The translations under genes and the position numbers were made by a program. This document shows positions 57,827 to 64,000 of a stretch of DNA of 64,000 nt, piece by piece. The stretch's first letter is position 1, and every line of letters starts with the position of its first letter. The DNA is from Chloroflexota bacterium. Lineage in GTDB: Bacteria; Chloroflexota; UBA11872; VXOZ01. The stretch spans positions 52,686-116,685 of the forward strand of contig JAAXIC010000048.1 of assembly GCA_012270555.1 (NCBI GenBank), written 5' to 3'. The notes under the pieces are model-generated. The model was not told where the DNA came from and made no database searches. It saw only the letters and a list, made by a program, of their open reading frames with translations.

Positions 57827-58966
57827 CTAGTATATCCCAGGAAATATCCGGTACTTCACCTTCGCCTGGTACTCCGCCCACTTTTCCGCGCCGTACTTCT
57901 TGATGCATTCCTTTTCGTCGTCACGTTGGTGCGTGATTTCGTACGTGGTCATGTAGACGAAGTACACCCACGCCCAGGGATTCGCGAAGTGGCCGAAGAG
58001 CAGGGCAACGCCGAGGGCGATGATCACCTCGCCCATATAGTTGAAGTGCCGCGCGGCGCCCCAGAATCCGTTGCACAGGATCTTGCGGTCGCCGGCCGCG
58101 ATGTATTCAGGTTCGATGAGCCCCAGGAATTTGCGGTCCGGCCAGCGCTTGAACGTGTACTTCTGCATGTTTGCGCCGCGCGAGATGCTCCAGCCGAACC
58201 AGAGCAGCGCAGCCGTGCCGCCGAGCAAAATGTACGTCCACGGTGACGAGATTTCCGGGCGCGGCAGTGCCGCCATGCCCCAGATCGGCAGAACGTACAG
58301 CCATCCCCAGATCACAAGAGCGCCCCAGATCAGCTTGAAGCCCAGCTTTTCGTGGATCAAGTCGTATGTATACAGTTGGACGCGCTCGAAGAAGAAGTAG
58401 TCCGCGATGTAGAACGTCATGAACGCCGCAAAGAGAAAAACGCCCGGGTTGGAGTCCGCGCCAAAGCGTTCGTAGTGATACGCGGCGGCGGAGAGCGCGT
58501 TGAGCGCCAGCATCGTCCCGCCGGCGACGTAGAGGTACATCTTCACGTCGAAGCGGTTGTTGAAGAACGACAACTCCTGCGCCCGCCCCAGCCAGAAGGC
58601 CGCGATGGGATTCTTTACCTCGCCGCGCGGCTGGCTGAACACCGCAATGATTGTCAGAACAAACGCAACCACTGTGCCGCCGGCCACCGCGTAGGGGGCC
58701 GACCGGTAAAACCAATCACGGGGCATGCCGGTGAGTTCCAGCGCCCACACGACCAGCGCAAGGGCAAACACCAGAATGCCGCTCAGCTTGTATGCGCGGG
58801 GTTTGCCGGTCGCCGGATCGGTGACGTAGCCGGGTACCCGCCTGCCCGGCAGGATAACCTGCGCCAGGAAGAACACGACGAAGAGCGCCAAGGGGGTGAG
58901 AAAGCCCAGCAACGCTTCCGTACCGCTAAGCGCGAAGAGGTGCTCGATTCCTAGGCGTTCAAGCAT
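57827..58966 (-). CDS. ERG4/ERG24 family sterol reductase-like membrane protein (paralog A)
   Basis: YKLSG, YDLIHEKLGFKL, RGANMQKYTFK, GFWGAARHFNYMGE and C..KYG..W..Y..KVKYRIFPGIY. Confidence 0.88.
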   Translation of the reverse strand: MLERLGIEHLFALSGTEALLGFLTPLALFVVFFLAQVILPGRRVPGYVTDPATGKPRAYKLSGILVFALALVVWALELTGMPRDWFYRSAPYAVAGGTVVAFVLTIIAVFSQPRGEVKNPIAAFWLGRAQELSFFNNRFDVKMYLYVAGGTMLALNALSAAAYHYERFGADSNPGVFLFAAFMTFYIADYFFFERVQLYTYDLIHEKLGFKLIWGALVIWGWLYVLPIWGMAALPRPEISSPWTYILLGGTAALLWFGWSISRGANMQKYTFKRWPDRKFLGLIEPEYIAAGDRKILCNGFWGAARHFNYMGEVIIALGVALLFGHFANPWAWVYFVYMTTYEITHQRDDEKECIKKYGAEKWAEYQAKVKYRIFPGIY

Positions 58967-59018
58967 GACCGCTAATCGCTTTCAATTGTGTAATCATCAT
59001 TGCTATGAGGGAAGACGC

Positions 59019-60158
59019 CTAGTAGATACCGGGAATGATGCGATACTTCACCTTTGTCTGGTACTCCGCCCACTTTTCGGGGCCGTACTTCGCTTCGCAG
59101 GCCTCTTCGTCTTCGCGTTGCCGCAGGGTGAATATAGTGACGATGAAGACAAAGTACGTCCACGCCCAGGGACTGGTGAAGTGGCCGAACGCCAAGCCGT
59201 ATGAAAAGGCGAGGATCCCTTCGCCCAAGTAATTGAAGTGGCGAGCGGGACGCCAGAAACCACTGGTCAGGATCTTACGATCGCCGGCCACGATGTGGGT
59301 CGGCTCGATAATCCCCAGAAACTTGCGGTCGGGCCAGCGCTTGAAGGTGTACTTCTGCAAATTGGCGCCGCGCGTAATCGTCCAGCCGACGAAGAACAGC
59401 GCGACGGACGCAAGCAGCCACACAATCGTCCCTGCCGTGGAAAAACCGGGATGCGGCAGCGCGGCTATGCCCCACAGCGGCAGAATATAGAGCCAGCCGT
59501 AAACCATGATGCCGCCCCAGAACATCTTGAAGCCCAGCTTTTCATGGATAATGTCGTACGTGTAGAGTTGGACCCGCTCGAAGATGAAGTAGTCCACGAC
59601 GTAATAGGTCAAGAACGCCGCAAAGAGAAACACTCCTGGGTTGAAGTCGTCGCCAAAGCGACCATAGTGGTACGCGGCGCCGGAGAGCGCGTTGAGCGAC
59701 AGCATCGTGCCGCCGACAACGTAGAAGTACATCTTGATGTCAATGCGGTTCTTGAAGAACGACAGCTCTTGGGACCGCCCCAGCCAGAAGGCCGCGATGG
59801 GATTCTTTACTTCGCCCCGAGGCTGGCCGAACACCGCGATGAGCGCGAGAATTGTGACTACCACTGAGCCGCCGGACACGGCGTAGATTGCCGAGCGGTA
59901 GAACCAGTCGCGCGGCATGCCGGTGAGTTCCAGCGCCCAGACAGCCAGTGCGATGATGTACACCAGCAGCCCGTTCAGCTTGTACTTGCGGGGCTCGCCG
60001 GTCTCTCTATCGGTAACGTACCCCTCAACCCACCGGCCCGGTAGGATGAGTTGAACCAGGAAGAACAAGACGAAGATCGCCAGCGGGGTGAGGAACCCCA
60101 GCAGCGCTTCCTGCCCGGAAAGCTCGAATAGGTGCTCGATACCAAGCCACTCAATCAT
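59019..60158 (-). CDS. ERG4/ERG24 family sterol reductase-like membrane protein (paralog B)
   Basis: YKLNG, YDIIHEKLGFKM, RGANLQKYTFK, GFWRPARHFNYLGE and CEAKYG..W..Y..KVKYRIIPGIY. Confidence 0.88.
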   Translation of the reverse strand: MIEWLGIEHLFELSGQEALLGFLTPLAIFVLFFLVQLILPGRWVEGYVTDRETGEPRKYKLNGLLVYIIALAVWALELTGMPRDWFYRSAIYAVSGGSVVVTILALIAVFGQPRGEVKNPIAAFWLGRSQELSFFKNRIDIKMYFYVVGGTMLSLNALSGAAYHYGRFGDDFNPGVFLFAAFLTYYVVDYFIFERVQLYTYDIIHEKLGFKMFWGGIMVYGWLYILPLWGIAALPHPGFSTAGTIVWLLASVALFFVGWTITRGANLQKYTFKRWPDRKFLGIIEPTHIVAGDRKILTSGFWRPARHFNYLGEGILAFSYGLAFGHFTSPWAWTYFVFIVTIFTLRQREDEEACEAKYGPEKWAEYQTKVKYRIIPGIY

Positions 60159-60385
60159 GACCGCATACCTCTCATTCCGGTGATGGAGCCACCATAGGTG
60201 TGGCAAAAGGGGAGGGTTCTTGACACACTATGCAGCAAGGGACATTACAGTGTCAATCTGCCTCCTACGGACCGCCGCTGGCGCCAGCGCGCTCGTCAAT
60301 ACCGTTTGGAGAGTGCGTTACCAAGGGGCCTCTGTCGCTGCAGTGTCTCGGGGCAGATCAACCCAGAATGTTACCCTTCAAAGGC

Positions 60386-61201
60386 TTAGCTAAGCGAGAA
60401 GATCGTATCCAAAGACTCGGCCATGATGCGCGCGCCTAGGGCCGGATTGTGGCGCATAGGACCGATCTCGACGGTTACAAAGTCGTCGTAGCCGATAGCA
60501 TCCCACGCCTGGCGCACCGCCGGCCAGTCCACCGATCCTTCCAACAGGGTCGTAAAATAGCCGCCGGGCCGTTGCACCACAAAGTCCTTGACGTGGCACT
60601 TCTTGATGCGCTTGCCGAGGATGCGAATCCACTGCTCCGGGTAGCCGTAGGCCAGAATGTTCCCCACGTCAAAGTAAGCGCCGACGTGCGGATCATTGAT
60701 CTCATCAACGAAGCGCGCGAATTCCAGCGGACTGAGCAGGAACTTATTCCACACGTTCTCCACGCCAATTGCCACCCCTAAACTGCGCGCCTTCGGTATC
60801 AGCCCCGCGATCGCATCGCGCGCCCTGTTGTAGGCATCGTCGTAGGCCGTGTGTTCGTCAACCACGCCCGGCACTATGAGCAGCGTATTTGCCCCAATTT
60901 CGTGCGCGATTTCCAGCATCCGTTCATTGATGCGCGCCGCGTTTGCGCGGACATCCGGGTCGGCGTCGGTCATGCACACCTGCCAATTCAGGCCGGTGTA
61001 GGTGCTGGGAAGCTCCAGGCCTATAGACTCCGCATGTTTGCGGATCGCCCTTAGCTCATCATTCGAGAGATTGATGTGCAACGAGCCCTCATTGGCGAAC
61101 GTCAGTTCCACACCATCGAAGCCCGCTTCCTTGGCGGTATCGAGAATCTGGTTTGGCTGCCAATCGCCTGGCAAGGCTCCCCGGTTTAGGCCCTTCTTCA
61201 T
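60386..61201 (-). CDS. Sugar phosphate isomerase/epimerase (hexulose-6-P isomerase / L-ribulose-5-P 3-epimerase-like)
   Basis: GFDGVEL, IGVENVWNKFLLSP, YFDVGN, CHVKD and VTVEI. Confidence 0.9.
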   Translation of the reverse strand: MKKGLNRGALPGDWQPNQILDTAKEAGFDGVELTFANEGSLHINLSNDELRAIRKHAESIGLELPSTYTGLNWQVCMTDADPDVRANAARINERMLEIAHEIGANTLLIVPGVVDEHTAYDDAYNRARDAIAGLIPKARSLGVAIGVENVWNKFLLSPLEFARFVDEINDPHVGAYFDVGNILAYGYPEQWIRILGKRIKKCHVKDFVVQRPGGYFTTLLEGSVDWPAVRQAWDAIGYDDFVTVEIGPMRHNPALGARIMAESLDTIFSLS

Positions 61202-61603
61202 GATGTTCTTCTACTCCTCCCTTGCTCCCTTAAACTATGGCTTCTCAATTCCAGTTGACCACTGGTAGGTGAGATTTTCCTCAACATGAAACCCGTTTTG
61301 GACGCAGAAGTCAACGAAACGGCGCCACGGCAGTCGGAAGAGAAATGTCGGGACTTTGAGGACGGACAATGCTGACGTCTCCTAAAGACCATGGATTAGC
61401 GGGTGTCGTGCCACAATCTGACTGTCCAGTCCGGCGGGAAATCAGTGCCGTACTGCGTTTTGCAGGCGTTGCAGGCAGTTGTGGAGGCATAAATCCCGCT
61501 GTAGAATAATTCTTAAGGGAACTTTGGCTCGAGCCCAGAAGACCCAAAGGGAAGAGTTGAGAATAGCCGTCTACAGCGCGCCTGCCGCGCCTAGCATCGC
61601 TTG

Positions 61604-64000
61604 ATGTTTCGTACGTTCGGGCACATCGTCGTGCCGCTTCGCATTCCTTTACTTCTCTTTTGGATCGCGCTCGCGCTCGTCCTCGGTCTCACTGCACCCT
61701 CCGTCAGTGACGTCGCTTCTTCCGATCAGACGAGCTTCCTACCGACTTCCTCTAATTCAATTGCCGCCCGCACTCTGGAAGCAGAGAAATTTGCCGCGAG
61801 CGGCAGCGCCAGCAGCGGAATCCTCATTCTCGTGCGCGAGGGTGGTCTCACCGCGGCCGACCGGGGCTTCGCGGAGAGCCTTCACAACTGGCTGCTCTCT
61901 CCCCAAGGTCCGGCCGTCGTGCAGGACGTGGTCTCCGTCTTCAGCCATCCAGAGCGGGAGAACACCCTGACCAGCCTGGACGGCGCCGCGATGCTGCTCA
62001 CGGTGAACTTCACCGTAGCGGCCTTTCAGCCGGTGATGGACGAAGCTACGGTTGCCATTCGCGAGCGCGTGCGGCAAGGCAGGCCGGACGGCCTGGATGT
62101 GCACTACACCGGCGAGACCGGATTAAGCACTGACTTGGTGGATAGCGTTGTGGAGAGCACTGACCGGACCACGATTGTCACGGTGGTGCTCGTAATCGGC
62201 TTGCTCTTCTTCATTTATCGTGCCCCTCTGGCAGTCCTCATTCCGCTCATTACGATTACGCTAGCATATCTCGTTTCACGGGGCGTCTTGGGCTATCTGG
62301 CTCAAGCGGGCTGGCAGATCTCATCCCTGCTTGATTCCTACATGGTGGTGCTGGTCTTCGGCGCCGGCACCGACTACTCGCTCTTCTTCATTTCTCGATT
62401 CCGGGAGGAGTTGGCCCGCCATTCGGCGTTTGAAGCAGCCGTGCGTTCTGTGCAGCGCATTGGCGCGGTGATTGCGGCGAGCGCCATTACGACGATGGTC
62501 GGCCTTTCAGCACTGGGCTTGGCACGCTTCGGCATCGTGCAGACAATGGGACCGGGCCTGGCGCTGGCCGTAGGCATCACGCTGCTTGCCGGCCTCACGC
62601 TCACTCCGGCCTTGCTCTCCCTCTTTGGGAATTATCTCTTCTGGCCGCGCAAGACGAGTGTTGAGAATACACAGCCCTCCACATTCTGGATCAAAGTAAG
62701 CAATCTGGTTGCCCGCCGTCCCTTCATTCCGGTGGTGCTCATTACCGCGCTCCTTGCCCTGCCGTACATCGGATTGACACAGTACCGCGAAAACCTGGCC
62801 GTGATCGCTTCTCTTCCCAAGACGACCGACTCCCGGCAAGGATTTGATGCCATCGCCAGGCACTTTCCGCAAGGTGAATACGCACCCACTACCGTGCTGA
62901 TCGAGCTCGAGGAACGAGGCGATCTATCCTCCGCACCGTACCTGCGTGCAATCGGGACGCTACAAGAGCGACTCCTAACTCTGGAATTCGTCGATCAAAC
63001 ACGCAGCATCCTCGACCCCACCGGCGGCAGGGAAGCTGCCGCCATATTCTCTGTCCCGGCGCAACTCGACCGAATTGCGGCGTCAGTTCGCGCGCCTCAA
63101 AACACCGATGGCGCATCGCCCGCGCAGCAAATCGATGAAGCCGCATCGCTAGCGGAAACGCTGAGCGCCTACGTGGCAGAATTGGCCGCCGCTTTTCCGG
63201 ATCTAGCCCAGGCAGGGGCGTACACCCAAACTCGGGAAGCACTCGTCAACCTATCAAATGCAACGGTCAACCTGCGTGCCCAAGCGCACCCCTCGCATCA
63301 GTTGCGTCAGCTTGCCGCGCAATTGCGTCAGCCCCCGCCGGTGGAGAGTGGCGCTGATCCGGCTGCCGGCTTCGCAGCAATAGGCGCGTACTTGGCGGAA
63401 CTCGCTGCAGCTTTCCCGGATGCCGCCGCAGAGCCCTCATTCGTCGAAGCCAATCGTCTCTTGGCCGGAATTCAGCAGGCAACGCAAAGCCAGCCGGCAG
63501 CGAACAGTCTCAATGACCAGCAGCGCGCGGCGCAGCTACTGCAACTGCAGACACTCAGCGGCGAATTGGCCGGGCAACTCGAACTGCTTGCCGCTTCCTT
63601 TACCGATCAGCCTGACGCGGTATTCTTCCCAACCGGCGCGTCGGCACAAGAGCCAGCGGCGAATTCCATGGCGGCGGCATTGGACGGAATCGCAGACTCG
63701 CTTACTGCGTTGCGCGACTCCTTTGCGGATTACCCGCATCCGTACTTCATCCCCAAGTCGCTGCCGGAAATGGGGGAAGCCGCAAGCGCAGTGATGCCGG
63801 TATTCTACGCGGAAGACGCAACGACACTTCGCTTTTTCGTCATCCTGAAGGGCGATCCGCTCAGACCCGCGGCGATCAATTCGATGGGCGAATTGCGGCA
63901 AACGCTTGAAGAGAATCTTGACGGGCCACTGGCTTCTGCCAGGATCTTCCTGGGTGGCGCAACAGCCGAGCTTAGCGATATCCAAAGGGTCGTGCGTCAA
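61604..64000 (+). CDS. MMPL (RND superfamily) transporter, 3' end outside the window
   Basis: Hand translation gives MFRTFGHIVV...QTSFLP...HYTGETGL...VLVFGAGTDYSLFFISRFREEL (GxxxDY motif)...TLTPALL...DSRQGFDAIARHFPQG. Absent from the ORF track because no stop codon falls inside the window. Confidence 0.92.
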   Translation, partial: MFRTFGHIVVPLRIPLLLFWIALALVLGLTAPSVSDVASSDQTSFLPTSSNSIAARTLEAEKFAASGSASSGILILVREGGLTAADRGFAESLHNWLLSPQGPAVVQDVVSVFSHPERENTLTSLDGAAMLLTVNFTVAAFQPVMDEATVAIRERVRQGRPDGLDVHYTGETGLSTDLVDSVVESTDRTTIVTVVLVIGLLFFIYRAPLAVLIPLITITLAYLVSRGVLGYLAQAGWQISSLLDSYMVVLVFGAGTDYSLFFISRFREELARHSAFEAAVRSVQRIGAVIAASAITTMVGLSALGLARFGIVQTMGPGLALAVGITLLAGLTLTPALLSLFGNYLFWPRKTSVENTQPSTFWIKVSNLVARRPFIPVVLITALLALPYIGLTQYRENLAVIASLPKTTDSRQGFDAIARHFPQGEYAPTTVLIELEERGDLSSAPYLRAIGTLQERLLTLEFVDQTRSILDPTGGREAAAIFSVPAQLDRIAASVRAPQNTDGASPAQQIDEAASLAETLSAYVAELAAAFPDLAQAGAYTQTREALVNLSNATVNLRAQAHPSHQLRQLAAQLRQPPPVESGADPAAGFAAIGAYLAELAAAFPDAAAEPSFVEANRLLAGIQQATQSQPAANSLNDQQRAAQLLQLQTLSGELAGQLELLAASFTDQPDAVFFPTGASAQEPAANSMAAALDGIADSLTALRDSFADYPHPYFIPKSLPEMGEAASAVMPVFYAEDATTLRFFVILKGDPLRPAAINSMGELRQTLEENLDGPLASARIFLGGATAELSDIQRVVRQ

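Noticed and set aside
61262-61603. Riboswitch or ncRNA upstream of the MMPL gene
   Set aside because: A fragment (GAGCCCAGAAGACC) resembles the 3' end of a cobalamin riboswitch, but the other conserved blocks are missing.
63536-64000. 154-aa minus-strand ORF
   Set aside because: Shadow of the MMPL gene.

Overview
A 64-kb, GC-rich bacterial chromosome segment, most likely from a Chloroflexota organism. This is inferred from the extended GreA, the double-zinc-ribbon membrane protein, the PT-rich LysM lipoprotein and the Tat-lipoprotein solute-binding proteins. It mixes housekeeping genes (acnA, split transketolase, tRNA-Leu(CAG), greA, radC, lepB, rsmG, nagB, accD/accA, nfeD-SPFH) with many accessory catabolic genes: six Gfo/Idh/MocA oxidoreductases, two MDR dehydrogenases, TIM-barrel isomerases, orphan solute-binding proteins and hydrolases. 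Tandem paralog pairs are common, and the intergenic spaces contain at least six families of short palindromic repeats plus one MITE-like element. The strongest signals missed by the ORF track are four. (1) A small heavy-metal-associated (HMA)-like gene at 9090-9455 has an in-frame UGA at the second metal-binding Cys position, followed by a bSECIS-like hairpin; it is a candidate selenoprotein and also carries a REP palindrome inside its reading frame. (2) A tandem pair of eukaryote-type ERG4/ERG24 (DHCR7-like) sterol reductases sits near an MMPL transporter. (3) lepB can only be intact if it starts at an ACG codon. (4) GreA is fused to an integrase core-binding-like domain. No CRISPR array, rRNA or transposase was found. 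All family assignments come from motif recognition by eye; no database search was run.
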